From contig OX638340.1 in assembly GCA_951812955.1 (NCBI GenBank), positions 1,120,001 through 1,184,000 of the forward strand: DNA of 64,000 nucleotides. Reading direction: 5' to 3'. Below, in pieces: positions 1 to 9,491 of the stretch. The position numbers and the translations under genes were made by a program. Under the pieces are notes generated by a model. It had not been told where the DNA came from, did no database searches, and saw only the letters and a list, made by a program, of their open reading frames with translations. The first letter of the stretch is position 1. The number at the start of each line of letters is the position of its first letter. This DNA is from an uncultured Gemmatimonadota bacterium (GTDB taxonomy: Bacteria; JAAXHH01).

Positions 1-1015
1 CGTCCGTCGCTAGCACGTCTTTCCATGTAGGATCGTCGAAACGGTGGTATTCCAGTGCCAGGAAGTTCGGGACACTCGCGCAGACGTGGGCGTCCCCGAC
101 CGTGCTCAACGCGCTGGAGTTGTTGTGCGGAGCGAATGGCACGTAATACATCTCGGCCATGTTGGCGATCTTTCGGCATTCCGACAGGCCGCCGCATTTC
201 GAGATGTCCGGCATGATGATATCGGCGGCCTGCTGCTGCAGCAGGTCGCGGAAGCCATGGCGAAGATAGAGGTTTTCGCCGACGCAGATGGGCGTCCCCG
301 TGGCCTGCGTGATCTTGGCCAGGGCGTCGATGTTCTCGGGGGGAACCGGCTCTTCAAGCCACAGGAGATTCAGCGGTTCGAGTTCCTGGGCCATTTTCAT
401 CCCCGCGCTGGCGTCATACCTGCCATGCAAGTCGATGGCAAGATCAAGAGACGGTCCGATGCCCTCGCGGATCGCATACGCTTCATCCACCAGGGACTTG
501 AGTTCATCGGGCGTCACCGACCAGTTCCACGGATCCAGCTTGTGTGGGTTATCCGCGTCGTCCAGATCGAACTTGATCGCCGTGAAACCCTGTTCCCGCA
601 CCTCCGCGGCACGTTCGTTGTAGTCGGCGTGGGCACTGTCCACGTATAGACGAACCCGGTCACGGAACTTGCCGCCCAGAAGCCGGTAGACGGGGACGCC
701 CTGGGCCTTCCCCGCCAGGTCCCACAGGGCAACCTCGATGCCTGTGAGCGCGGAGATCGAAGCGCCGCCCGCACCGCCCATGAAGATGTACCTTCGACGG
801 ATGTACTCGAAACAGGCATCCACGTCCCTCGGGTCCATGCCGATAATCATCTTCGCCATGTGCCGGGTCGACTCCCGCCAGCCGCCGTCGACGTGACTGG
901 CTTCCCCCGTGCCGTATACCCCCTCGTCCGTGTATACGCGAACGTAATGGTACCGGTAGGTGGTATTCCCTGATTTAACCGGGACGTCAGCAGTTTTTAT
1001 TTCGGTGATCTTCAT
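1..1015 (-). CDS. Enolase-superfamily enzyme (mandelate racemase/muconate lactonizing family, sugar-acid dehydratase-like); C-terminus lies beyond the window edge
   Basis: Not in the ORF track because it is open at the window edge. Hand translation from ATG (1015..1013) gives MKITEIKTADVPV...GTGEASHVDGG...IEVALWDLAGKAQGVPVYRLLGGKFRDRVRLY...AIDLHGRY...LLWLEEPVPPEN...PICVGENL, with no stop down to position 2. Confidence 0.8.
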   Translation of the reverse strand, partial: MKITEIKTADVPVKSGNTTYRYHYVRVYTDEGVYGTGEASHVDGGWRESTRHMAKMIIGMDPRDVDACFEYIRRRYIFMGGAGGASISALTGIEVALWDLAGKAQGVPVYRLLGGKFRDRVRLYVDSAHADYNERAAEVREQGFTAIKFDLDDADNPHKLDPWNWSVTPDELKSLVDEAYAIREGIGPSLDLAIDLHGRYDASAGMKMAQELEPLNLLWLEEPVPPENIDALAKITQATGTPICVGENLYLRHGFRDLLQQQAADIIMPDISKCGGLSECRKIANMAEMYYVPFAPHNNSSALSTVGDAHVCASVPNFLALEYHRFDDPTWKDVLATD

Positions 1016-1158
1016 CCGTGCTCCTGTCTGATTTTAAATCGATCGCAACATCCCGTCCCAATCACGGATTGCCTACTTCAATGCTAATCTCGTATACGCA
1101 ACTACCGGAATACCTATCTCGCATGCGCAACTACTGGCACTCCTACTTCAATGCCTGC

Positions 1159-3279
1159 TCAGTCTCCGATCCGGACCGCCTTCAACCGGTTGTTGTAGTG
1201 GTCGCTGACGAGCAGCACGTCTTCGCCGAAGAAACACAGGCCATGGGGCTCGTTCAACGGCGCATCCAGTGCTGGCACCGACCGGTCGGTGTCGCCATAA
1301 TCCCCGCTGCCGGCGACGGTCTCAATCAGGCCGTTTCCGGGAAAGCGCCGCACGCGGTTGTTGCCCGAGTCGGAAAAGTATACACGTCCTTGTTTGTCCA
1401 AGGCCAGGCCTCGGGGAACAGATATCGCAGCGCTGGTAGCCTTTGTACCGTCCGGAGAAAATCCGGCTTCTCCGGTTCCGGCCAAAGTAGAAATAACCCC
1501 CGTATCTGCGTCCACCCGCCTGATGACATGATATCGGTCGTCCGCGAAGTAGAGGTGGCCGGAACCATCTACTCTAATGGCCGTAGGTGAGCCGACCCGC
1601 GCACGGGTCGCCGGACCGCCGTCGCCTGAATACCCCTGCAACCCGATGCCCGCGACCGTGGTGATGATACCCGTTCGTGCGTCTACTCGCCTGATGCGCC
1701 CGCAACCGGCATCGCCGATGTATATGTCGTCATCGGGACCGTGGGTCACGGCGAGGACGTGCATCAGGCACGCGCTCAGGGCCGGACCGCCGTCTCCCTT
1801 GTCCCACTGAAAGGCCGCGCCGGCGACGTTGCGGATAACGCCGTCTCGATCGATCCTACGCACGTGGCCGTGCCGCGTATCGGCGATGATCACGCGGCCG
1901 GCGCGATCCACCGACACGTCGTGGGGATTGCCAAGGTGGGCGTCGACGGCCGCACCGCCGTCGCCGCCGTAGGCCCGCGCACCGGTACCGGCAATGGTTC
2001 GAAAGATCCCGGTGTCCGGGTCGATGGACCGGATTCGCTGATTCCACACGTCGGCGATATGGATCGTGCCACCGGGGCCGACCGACAGGCCGCCCGGGCC
2101 GTTGAGAAACCCGGCCCTGGCGTTCTCGCCGTCGTGTACGCTGGTGCCGCCAAGGACGGTTGTAACGATCCCGGTACCGCCGTCGCACCTTCTGAGCCGG
2201 CCGGAGCAGTCGCCCCAGAAAACCGTGCCGTCCGGATCGGCGCAGATCCCCGCTTCCACGGAGTTGCACCGGGTGATGACGCCAGGCAGCCCTTCTTCGC
2301 CGAAACCCGGCTCGCCGGTCCCGACGAGTGTGCGGACGAGTCCGGTCTCCCGCTCCACCTTGCGGACCCGGAAGCCGTACTTCTCGCCGACGTAGAGGTT
2401 GTCGTGGACATCCAGGCAGATCGCGTCCGGCATGAGCGTGCTCGCCTCCGCGGCCGGACCGCCGTCCCCGTTGGAGGCGCGCTGTCCATTGCCCAGGACC
2501 GTGTCGATGATCCCGGACCGCATGTCGATCCTGCGTACCCGGTCGTTGGAATTGTCGCACACATATAGATCGCCCACTGAGTCGAAGGCAAGATGTTCCG
2601 GGTGGTTGAATCCGGCGTCCTTCGCCGGACCACCGTCGCCGTGGTATCCTCCCAGGCTCAGCCCCCTGCCCGAGTATGGCCGGCTGTCACCCCGTTCGGA
2701 TGGATAGTGCCGGGCATGATGGCCGAATACCGTATCGACGATCCCGGTCTGCGCGTCTATGCGACGGATGTTGTTGGTCCACTCGCTTGACAGGTACACG
2801 GTTCCATCGGGGTCCACGGCCACGCCGCAGGTACAGTCCAATTCGGCTTCCAGGGCCGGACCGCCGTCGCCGCCCCGGCCTATCCGCCCGTTACCGGCAA
2901 CGCGTGTGATGATGCCGGTCTCGTAATCGATTCGCCGGATGGTGAAGTTGCCCAGATCCGACAGATAGAGGTTGCCATGGCGGTCCTGGCATAGATCATG
3001 GGGGTGGCGGAACCGCGCTTCGGCGGCCGGACCGCCGTCGCCCGAATCGCCCGCGATGCCGTCCCCGGCAAAGGCGTGCAGCGTGCCATCGAGATCAATC
3101 CGCCAGATGCGATGCCACTGGTAGTCGATCACGATCAGGTCGCCGTCGGGCCGACGCACCACACCCATGGGCCACCCGGCGTCAGCTTCCCGCGCAGGGA
3201 TTCCCGCCCGCTGGCCCACACCCGCAATGATGGTAATCTCACCGGGAGGCAGGCTTTGTAGTTTTGTGATCATGCTCAT
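1159..3279 (-). CDS. NHL-repeat beta-propeller protein (706 aa)
   Basis: More than 10 iterations of the unit AG.G..G..GDGGPA..A.L..P.G...D..G.LY..D..N.R.RRID, typical of bacterial NHL repeat proteins. Confidence 0.85.
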   Translation of the reverse strand: MSMITKLQSLPPGEITIIAGVGQRAGIPAREADAGWPMGVVRRPDGDLIVIDYQWHRIWRIDLDGTLHAFAGDGIAGDSGDGGPAAEARFRHPHDLCQDRHGNLYLSDLGNFTIRRIDYETGIITRVAGNGRIGRGGDGGPALEAELDCTCGVAVDPDGTVYLSSEWTNNIRRIDAQTGIVDTVFGHHARHYPSERGDSRPYSGRGLSLGGYHGDGGPAKDAGFNHPEHLAFDSVGDLYVCDNSNDRVRRIDMRSGIIDTVLGNGQRASNGDGGPAAEASTLMPDAICLDVHDNLYVGEKYGFRVRKVERETGLVRTLVGTGEPGFGEEGLPGVITRCNSVEAGICADPDGTVFWGDCSGRLRRCDGGTGIVTTVLGGTSVHDGENARAGFLNGPGGLSVGPGGTIHIADVWNQRIRSIDPDTGIFRTIAGTGARAYGGDGGAAVDAHLGNPHDVSVDRAGRVIIADTRHGHVRRIDRDGVIRNVAGAAFQWDKGDGGPALSACLMHVLAVTHGPDDDIYIGDAGCGRIRRVDARTGIITTVAGIGLQGYSGDGGPATRARVGSPTAIRVDGSGHLYFADDRYHVIRRVDADTGVISTLAGTGEAGFSPDGTKATSAAISVPRGLALDKQGRVYFSDSGNNRVRRFPGNGLIETVAGSGDYGDTDRSVPALDAPLNEPHGLCFFGEDVLLVSDHYNNRLKAVRIGD

Positions 3280-3454
3280 GCGTAATGGGCGAGGACCGGC
3301 GCCGGTCCGATGTGCCCGTGACAGGCGATAAAGCCTCGCCGATCGCGTCTGATTCTTCGAGGTATCAGGGCGTACAGGGCGGCAGCTTCAATGGGAAGCC
3401 GCCAAGTCAAGATGGTACAGGATCCGCACATGGTTGGCAACCGTTAAATGCAAA

Positions 3455-3483
3455 TTGACACCGGCACCGGGACCGGTTAAAAT
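3455..3483 (+). promoter_or_regulatory. sigma70-like promoter candidate TTGACA-N17-TAAAAT
   Basis: TTGACA at 3455-3460, a 17-nt spacer, then TAAAAT at 3478-3483, about 65 nt upstream of the ATG at 3549. Confidence 0.4.
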
Positions 3484-3548
3484 ACGTCGCCGTCCGCACT
3501 TGTTCCAGTGCCTCCCCATATCCCCGTATTGATGGAGAATGCCTCCCC

Positions 3549-4766
3549 ATGAACTATGATTTCGACCGGATCATCAATCGCAACGGCACCAATTCCTACA
3601 AGTGGGACTATGTGAAACGGGACGGGGCCGTTGTCCCCTGGGACGAGACCGATTCAGGCAGGCACGAAAAACCCGTACTGCCGCTATGGGTCGCGGATAT
3701 GGACTTTCCGTGCCCGCAGCCGGTGGTCGACGCGGTGACTGATATCGCCCGCTTGGGCGTTTACGGGTACGCCTTCCCGCCGCCGTCCTATTATGACTCC
3801 GTGGTTCGGTGGATGAAGCGGCGTCATGGCTGGACCGTCGATCCCGACACCATATGTTTTACGCCTGGTATCGTACCCGCCCTGCACATGCTGGTTTCGG
3901 CCTACACGAACCCGGGTGACAAGGTGCTGGTCCAACCCCCGGTGTACTACCCATTCTTCAACGCCATCGAGAATCTTCAGACGGTCCCGGCGTTGAATCC
4001 ACTGACCTACCGGGACGGCCGGTATTACATGGACTTTGACGACTTGGCGGTCAAGTGTGCCGATCCGGACGTTAAACTGGCCATTCTGTGCAGCCCGCAC
4101 AATCCCGTCGGCCGGGTCTGGTCCGCGGATGAGCTGCGGCGCTTCGGCCGGATCTGCATGGATAACGACGTGCTGGTCGTTTCCGATGAAATCCACTGCG
4201 ACCTGATCCTCGGAGACCGGACCTTCACGGCCTATGCTACACTCGGCGAGGAATACGAGGAACGGTCGATTATCTGCACCTCGCCCAGCAAGACCTTCAA
4301 TCTCGCCGCCCTGCAGGCTTCGAACATGATGATTCCCGATCCGGGACTCAGGGAGACCTTTCAGTCCACCGTCCGCAACGCCGGCCTATTCACCCTCAAT
4401 CCTTTCGGCATCGCGGCCGTCCAAGCCGCCTATGACCACGGGGAGGAATGGCTGGACCAACTCCTCGCCTACCTGGAAGGGAATTTCCGGTTTCTCGACT
4501 CCTTCTTCCGCGAGCGCCTGCCCGGCATACCCGTCATCGAAACCGAGGGTACCTATCTCGTCTGGGTGGACTTCACGAGCCTGGGCCTGGACAAGGACGC
4601 CCTCCAGCGCCTCATGATGGAGGAGGCCCGCGTTTTCCTCGACGAGGGGTACATCTTCGGCCGCGAGGGCGAGGGCTTCGAGCGGATCAACATCGCCTGC
4701 CCCCGGTCGATCCTTGCGGAGGCATTGGAAAGGATCGAGGGGGCTGTGAAGGGGATCATGTCGTAA
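3549..4766 (+). CDS. PLP-dependent C-S lyase, MalY/PatB-type (aminotransferase class I/II fold)
   Basis: N-terminus MNYDFDRIINRNGTNSYKWD is the hallmark start of MalY/PatB cystathionine beta-lyases. Also has SDEIH and SPSKTFN (PLP lysine region). Confidence 0.85.
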   Translation: MNYDFDRIINRNGTNSYKWDYVKRDGAVVPWDETDSGRHEKPVLPLWVADMDFPCPQPVVDAVTDIARLGVYGYAFPPPSYYDSVVRWMKRRHGWTVDPDTICFTPGIVPALHMLVSAYTNPGDKVLVQPPVYYPFFNAIENLQTVPALNPLTYRDGRYYMDFDDLAVKCADPDVKLAILCSPHNPVGRVWSADELRRFGRICMDNDVLVVSDEIHCDLILGDRTFTAYATLGEEYEERSIICTSPSKTFNLAALQASNMMIPDPGLRETFQSTVRNAGLFTLNPFGIAAVQAAYDHGEEWLDQLLAYLEGNFRFLDSFFRERLPGIPVIETEGTYLVWVDFTSLGLDKDALQRLMMEEARVFLDEGYIFGREGEGFERINIACPRSILAEALERIEGAVKGIMS

Positions 4767-4851
4767 TGGTTTCTGTTAAATGGGCTTAAGACTTGAACGA
4801 TCGTCGAAATTCACGTTGTTGTTTCGAGCAGAAGCTGACAAGCGCTAACAC

Positions 4852-4890
4852 TGTAGCTTAACTACATGTCCCATTTTGGGGTGCACTACA
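4852..4890. repeat. Solo copy of the IS3-element terminal inverted repeat (IS remnant)
   Basis: TGTAGCTTAACTACATGTCCCATTTTGGGGTGCACTACA matches the reverse complement of 60264..60302 at 37 of 39 positions (hand comparison). It lies in a low-GC gap between convergent genes. The roughly 50 nt upstream weakly resemble the 3' end of the transposase gene. Confidence 0.65.
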
Positions 4891-4978
4891 AACTTAATCT
4901 AAGTCCCAGATCGGACGTGGCGAAGAAGAAACCAATATAACTCCGTCATGTCTTAACGAGATTTAGCAATCAAGCATT

Positions 4979-6481
4979 TCAGTATAATATAGTGATGTTT
5001 TTGTCAGTTGAGACTGTACCGGAACTTTTTTTTCCTTTCCGATCCTTACCCACACGGCTCACTACCACCCCCACGATCACGTTCAGCGCCAGGCCCAGCA
5101 CGCCGGCGTGCCATCCCCAGACCTTGCCCAGGCCCGCGAGGGTCAACCCTCCTGCCAGCAACGTGCCCGCGGCCATGCCGACGGCCGCGCCCGTCGCATT
5201 GAATCGCGGCCAGAGCACCCCCAGCACGAACAGCGGCGCCGTCTGGATCAGCACCTCCATTTTGAGCTCTATGAGTCCCCAGAGCGTGAGATCCGGGGAC
5301 AGAGCGATGAGCACCAGGATGGCCATGATCGCCCAGGATATGCGCTTGCCCCACGCGGTAAGACGTTCCTCCGGTAACGACCCTATCCGGAACCTGCCCA
5401 GCACATCCTTGACGAGCAGGGAGGAGAGGCTGAGCAGGACTGAATCGGCCGTCGACATGATGGCCGCGACGATGCCGGTGAGGACGAGCACGGTCATGAC
5501 GTACAGCCAGATGGATTCCGCCGCCCATACCCGGAGCAGGCGGGGCATGACCTGGTCGGTGTCTATGCCTTGCAGGCCCGCCAACTGCGGGATGGCCAGG
5601 ATCCCCACGAGCACGACCGCCGAGATGGTGACCAGGGGCATGAAGGCCATGAAGGTAAACGACCGTTTCAGGCTGCGGGTGCTCCGCGCCGCGAAGATTC
5701 GCTGAATGGCCTGGGGATATACGGCGGCGGCGAAACCCACCAGCAGGACCGTGCTGATCCATGTGCGGATCGTGTCTCCCTCCGGGAGCGCGGCTTTCTC
5801 AGGCTGGTTGGCGATGATCCATGCCGTCGCTTCCCCCAGGCGATCGCTGCCCGGCACCACGGCCGCCAGCATGCCGAGCAGACCCGCGAAGAGCAACAGT
5901 CCCTGGATGCAGTCGGTCCAGGCCACGGCCTGCATGCCGCCGATAGTCTCGTAGACCAGGATGATGACGCCCAGAACCACGACCCCAGCCCAGAACGGTA
6001 TGGTTCCGCCCGATAGACCTGAGACGATGTGCCCCACGGCGAGGAGCTGGGCGAGCAGGTAGTTGGAGATGGCGACCACGAAAAGGACGCCAGCGAAGAG
6101 TGTCAGTCCTTTCGATCCGAATCGATGGGTGATCCAGTCGCCCGGCGTCACGAAGTTCCACTGGCGGGAGGCGTTATAGAGCGGCGGCGCGAAGAGCAGA
6201 TAGGCCACCACGATGGCCATCATGAATCCGATGCTCATGATCCACGCGAAGCCCAGCCGGTAGGCCTCGCCAGGATAGCCGATGAGCGTATTGCCGCTGT
6301 ACTGCGTGGCGTAAAGTGTGAAGAAGAGGACCAGCGCGCCCAAGTTCTTGCCCGCCAGGTAGAAGGACGACATGGAGTTGTCCCGCCGACGGGACCGGGC
6401 CACGTATCCGAGGACAATCATGAAGACGAGGTACGCGACCAGGAACAGGAGTGCGCCGGGTCCGTAGGGCTGGTCCGCCAT
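4979..6481 (-). CDS. Sodium:solute symporter (SSS/SSF) family transporter
   Basis: 500-aa polytopic membrane protein with about 13 hydrophobic segments and SSS-like motifs (GKNLG, YTQYSGNTLIGYPG, AVAWTDCIQG). Confidence 0.85.
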   Translation of the reverse strand: MADQPYGPGALLFLVAYLVFMIVLGYVARSRRRDNSMSSFYLAGKNLGALVLFFTLYATQYSGNTLIGYPGEAYRLGFAWIMSIGFMMAIVVAYLLFAPPLYNASRQWNFVTPGDWITHRFGSKGLTLFAGVLFVVAISNYLLAQLLAVGHIVSGLSGGTIPFWAGVVVLGVIILVYETIGGMQAVAWTDCIQGLLLFAGLLGMLAAVVPGSDRLGEATAWIIANQPEKAALPEGDTIRTWISTVLLVGFAAAVYPQAIQRIFAARSTRSLKRSFTFMAFMPLVTISAVVLVGILAIPQLAGLQGIDTDQVMPRLLRVWAAESIWLYVMTVLVLTGIVAAIMSTADSVLLSLSSLLVKDVLGRFRIGSLPEERLTAWGKRISWAIMAILVLIALSPDLTLWGLIELKMEVLIQTAPLFVLGVLWPRFNATGAAVGMAAGTLLAGGLTLAGLGKVWGWHAGVLGLALNVIVGVVVSRVGKDRKGKKSSGTVSTDKNITILY

Positions 6482-6484
6482 GAG

Positions 6485-6703
6485 CTAACCGTCCTCCCGC
6501 CAGAATCTGTGGATCACGTAAGCCGTGAAGCACGCGATAGCCAGGCAGACGCCGAGGCAGATCACGACCCAGTACGGCAGGCCGAACCAAACCGGCATCG
6601 GGTCGATTTTCGGGATATACCATGGAATCGAGAGGGCGAACAGGACTGCGTACACTGCCCAGATCCATCGGGGAAACCGGAGGGCGGAATCGGGAGAAAC
6701 CAT
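6485..6703 (-). CDS. Small two-TM membrane protein coupled to the SSS transporter (DUF3311-like accessory subunit)
   Basis: Internal ATG at 6703 gives a 72-aa protein, MVSPDSALRFPRWIWAVYAVLFALSIPWY...GLPYWVVICLGVCLAIACF. Its stop is 3 nt before the symporter ATG. The longer track ORF overlaps the next gene. Confidence 0.6.
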   Translation of the reverse strand: MVSPDSALRFPRWIWAVYAVLFALSIPWYIPKIDPMPVWFGLPYWVVICLGVCLAIACFTAYVIHRFWREDG

Positions 6704-6744
6704 AAATGTACTCAAAAAGTAGTACCCGGGAAAAACCGTATCCG

Positions 6745-7593
6745 CTACACGCGAACGTACTTGTGCACGAGGTTCTCCACGCCCACTTCGCCCACGTAGA
6801 TATCGCCGTAGCGGTCGACCCAGACGCTGTGGGCGCCATGGGCGCGATCGACGGGTCCGCCCCGGACGACCCACTGGGCGATGAGCCTTCCGTCCATGTT
6901 CATGATGGTGACCCCGCCGCCCTCGCCCAGGAAGACCGTATCCTCGTCATCCACGAACAGGCCGCAGGGCGCGGGACGCCCGGGCCATTCCGCGAGAAAG
7001 CTGCCCTCGGAGTCGAAGACCTGAATCCGGTTGTTGGTCTCCCGGTCGGCCACGAGAAGGCGTCCGTCGGACGCGGGAAAAATGTTATGGGGTAAGGTGA
7101 ACCGGCCGGGCGCGCTGCCTTGACCGCCCCAGGTGTGGACCAGGTCTCCCGAGGGCGTCATCCGGTGCACGTAGCACTGCCCGTATCCATCGGCGACGTA
7201 CAGGTCGCCGGACGGTCCTTTCACCACGCGCGTCGGCATATTGAACGGTTTGCCCGGTTCTCCGGTCTGGTTTGGCACGCCCAGTGTCTGCAGCAAGGTG
7301 CCGTCGGTTGAAAATACCCGGACGGTATGGTCTCTGCAGTCCGGAATGAAAATCCTGTCCTCCCCGTCGATCCAGATCTCGTGGGGCAGGGACAAAATGT
7401 CGTGACCCCATTCGTCCAACAGGCGGCCGTCCCGGTCGTAGACCACCACGGCGGGATTCGGCTCCCGGTCGACAACATAGACCCGGTCCCGTGAATCAAC
7501 GGCCACGGCCGTGGCGATACCCAGCGTCCGTTCGGAACCCCATCCGGGCACTTTCTCGTAACAGTAATCACCCGATCCCCAGATCATTGGCAT
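6745..7593 (-). CDS. NHL-repeat six-bladed propeller, peptidyl-alpha-hydroxyglycine lyase-like
   Basis: Repeated units D..G.LYV.D..N.R.QVF...G; 282 aa, the size of one propeller. Confidence 0.7.
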   Translation of the reverse strand: MPMIWGSGDYCYEKVPGWGSERTLGIATAVAVDSRDRVYVVDREPNPAVVVYDRDGRLLDEWGHDILSLPHEIWIDGEDRIFIPDCRDHTVRVFSTDGTLLQTLGVPNQTGEPGKPFNMPTRVVKGPSGDLYVADGYGQCYVHRMTPSGDLVHTWGGQGSAPGRFTLPHNIFPASDGRLLVADRETNNRIQVFDSEGSFLAEWPGRPAPCGLFVDDEDTVFLGEGGGVTIMNMDGRLIAQWVVRGGPVDRAHGAHSVWVDRYGDIYVGEVGVENLVHKYVRV

Positions 7594-7853
7594 GTCCTCT
7601 CACGAATCGAATACGCGAATATGCGCTGAACTCCTGCCCCAGCCGGCAAATCCCCGGATGGACCCTATGGGCACAAAGGTTTTGTCGTGCTCATACCCGA
7701 AGTATATACTAAATTCGGTCCTGCGGTACCGGATATTTGCTGTATCAGGGACCTGGTTTCAGGTGCGCTGCGCTGCGGTGCGGTCCAGCTTCCGTATCCC
7801 TCACGTCGGCATCGATTCTCCGGTTTCAACTTACTTATGACAGGAGCCACCGC

Positions 7854-8636
7854 ATGGGTGTACTCGACAGCTTTGGTTTAAAAGGCCGCATCGCCGTGGT
7901 AACGGGCGGCGCGGGACCGCAGTTTGGCAGCAGCATCTCCGAGGCCCTGGCCGAAGCGGGCGCGACCGTGGTCGTCGCCTCCAGGAACATGGAGAACAAC
8001 CACCGGTTCGTTGCCGGATTGAACGAACGGGGATACGATGCGCATCCCGAAGAGCTCGACATCACGAACACCGAATCGATCGGCAGTCTGAAACAACGGG
8101 TAATGGACCGATTCGACCGCGTGGATATACTCGTCAACAGCGCGGTGGTCGGACGCGGCGGCGGGTTCGACGAACAGACCCCCGACTACTGGGCGGCAAG
8201 CGCTCAGGGAAACATGGTAGGCCTTTTCGCGCTGTGCAAGGCCTTCGTTCCGGTCATGGCCAAGCGGGGCGGCGGCAGTGTAATCAACGTTTCCAGTATC
8301 TACGGTGTCGTGGCCAACGACCCGGGCCTCTATGAAGAAACCGGGATGAAGCAGCCTCCCGACTACACCTTCGTCAAGGGCGGCATGATCAATTTCACCC
8401 GGTACATCGCAACCTACTTCGGGAAACAGGGCGTTCGGGCCAACTGCATCTGTCCGGGCGGTTACTTCAACGAACAGCCCGGTCCCTTTGTGCGCCGGTA
8501 CGAGCGCCGCGTTCCCCTCGGACGCATGCTGAACAACGAGGATCTCAAAGGTGCCGTAGTCTTCCTGGCCTCCGACGCATCCAGGTACGTCACCGGCGTC
8601 TCGTTGATGGTCGACGGCGGCTGGACGGCCCTCTAG
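7854..8636 (+). CDS. Short-chain dehydrogenase/reductase (SDR)
   Basis: Start moved to the ATG at 7854, preceded by AGGAG. Motifs LKGRIAVVTGGAG (TGxxxG), NSAV, SSIYG...Y..K-type core, and C-terminal GVSLMVDGGW. Confidence 0.85.
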   Translation: MGVLDSFGLKGRIAVVTGGAGPQFGSSISEALAEAGATVVVASRNMENNHRFVAGLNERGYDAHPEELDITNTESIGSLKQRVMDRFDRVDILVNSAVVGRGGGFDEQTPDYWAASAQGNMVGLFALCKAFVPVMAKRGGGSVINVSSIYGVVANDPGLYEETGMKQPPDYTFVKGGMINFTRYIATYFGKQGVRANCICPGGYFNEQPGPFVRRYERRVPLGRMLNNEDLKGAVVFLASDASRYVTGVSLMVDGGWTAL

Positions 8637-8670
8637 CAGGACCTCTCCGCTCGACGGTACAGTCTCTGCC

Positions 8671-8767
8671 GGGCCTGTGGTTCCAACCGTTCAACGTGCC
8701 GCGCCTGTTATTCCAGCAGTTCAACGTGACGCGCCTGTTGTTCCAACCGGTCAACGCGTTGCGACAG
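8671..8767. repeat. 30-bp tandem repeat, about 3 copies, in a convergent intergenic region
   Basis: 8681-8710 TTCCAACCGTTCAACGTGCCGCGCCTGTTA; 8711-8740 TTCCAGCAGTTCAACGTGACGCGCCTGTTG; 8741-8767 TTCCAACCGGTCAACGCGTTGCGACAG. Confidence 0.75.
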
Positions 8768-8786
8768 AATTCATGGACCAGTAGGC

Positions 8787-9491
8787 TCACGACTCCGGAT
8801 CGACGATCGATTTGTCCTGGGGATGATAGTCGATCGCTCGTCGGCCGTGGTCCAGGTCGTACATCCGCCCGGTACTGTCGGACACGCCGAATACGACCTC
8901 GAATCGAATGCCGGGGTGGATGACCGCCCGTTCGAACACCCGGACCGCGTCGCCGTGACTCAGGTGATGGGGATGTCCCGGCAGGTCCCGCTGTTTCTGG
9001 AAATTGCCTATGCGCACGCACACGACCTCCATGTCGGACCGCACCGCGTACATGTAACCCAGGCTTTCCCCGAAAACCTTGCTGATGGAATAGTAGCTTT
9101 CCGGCCTCGGAGTCATGTCGATCGTGCGGAAGACGTCCTGCGGATACGGCGCCAGGAGGCCCGCGCGGCTCGCGAAAGCAACCCGGCGCACACCGTTGCG
9201 GCTCGCCGCTTCGAAAAGCGTGTAGGTACCGATGAAGTTGGCATGCAGGATTTCGTCCCACGACGCGCCGCCCGATGGGTTGCCGGCCAGGTGGATCACT
9301 GCGTCCATGCCTTCCGTGGCCTGCATGACCGCGTCCATGTCGGTGATGTCGCCCACGACTTCGTCTTCCAGTCCCGTGGTCGGCACCCGGTCGAAACCGC
9401 GGAGGGGATATCTATCCTTAAGTCCGTTAACGATGATCGAGCCGATGACGCCGGCCGATCCGGTGACGAGTATACGAGGTGTTTCGTTCAT
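8787..9491 (-). CDS. NAD-dependent epimerase/dehydratase family protein (short, uronate-dehydrogenase-like size)
   Basis: ILVTGSAGVIGS Rossmann motif and a YSISK catalytic Y..K. Its start overlaps the stop of the upstream enolase gene by 4 nt. Confidence 0.8.
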   Translation of the reverse strand: MNETPRILVTGSAGVIGSIIVNGLKDRYPLRGFDRVPTTGLEDEVVGDITDMDAVMQATEGMDAVIHLAGNPSGGASWDEILHANFIGTYTLFEAASRNGVRRVAFASRAGLLAPYPQDVFRTIDMTPRPESYYSISKVFGESLGYMYAVRSDMEVVCVRIGNFQKQRDLPGHPHHLSHGDAVRVFERAVIHPGIRFEVVFGVSDSTGRMYDLDHGRRAIDYHPQDKSIVDPES

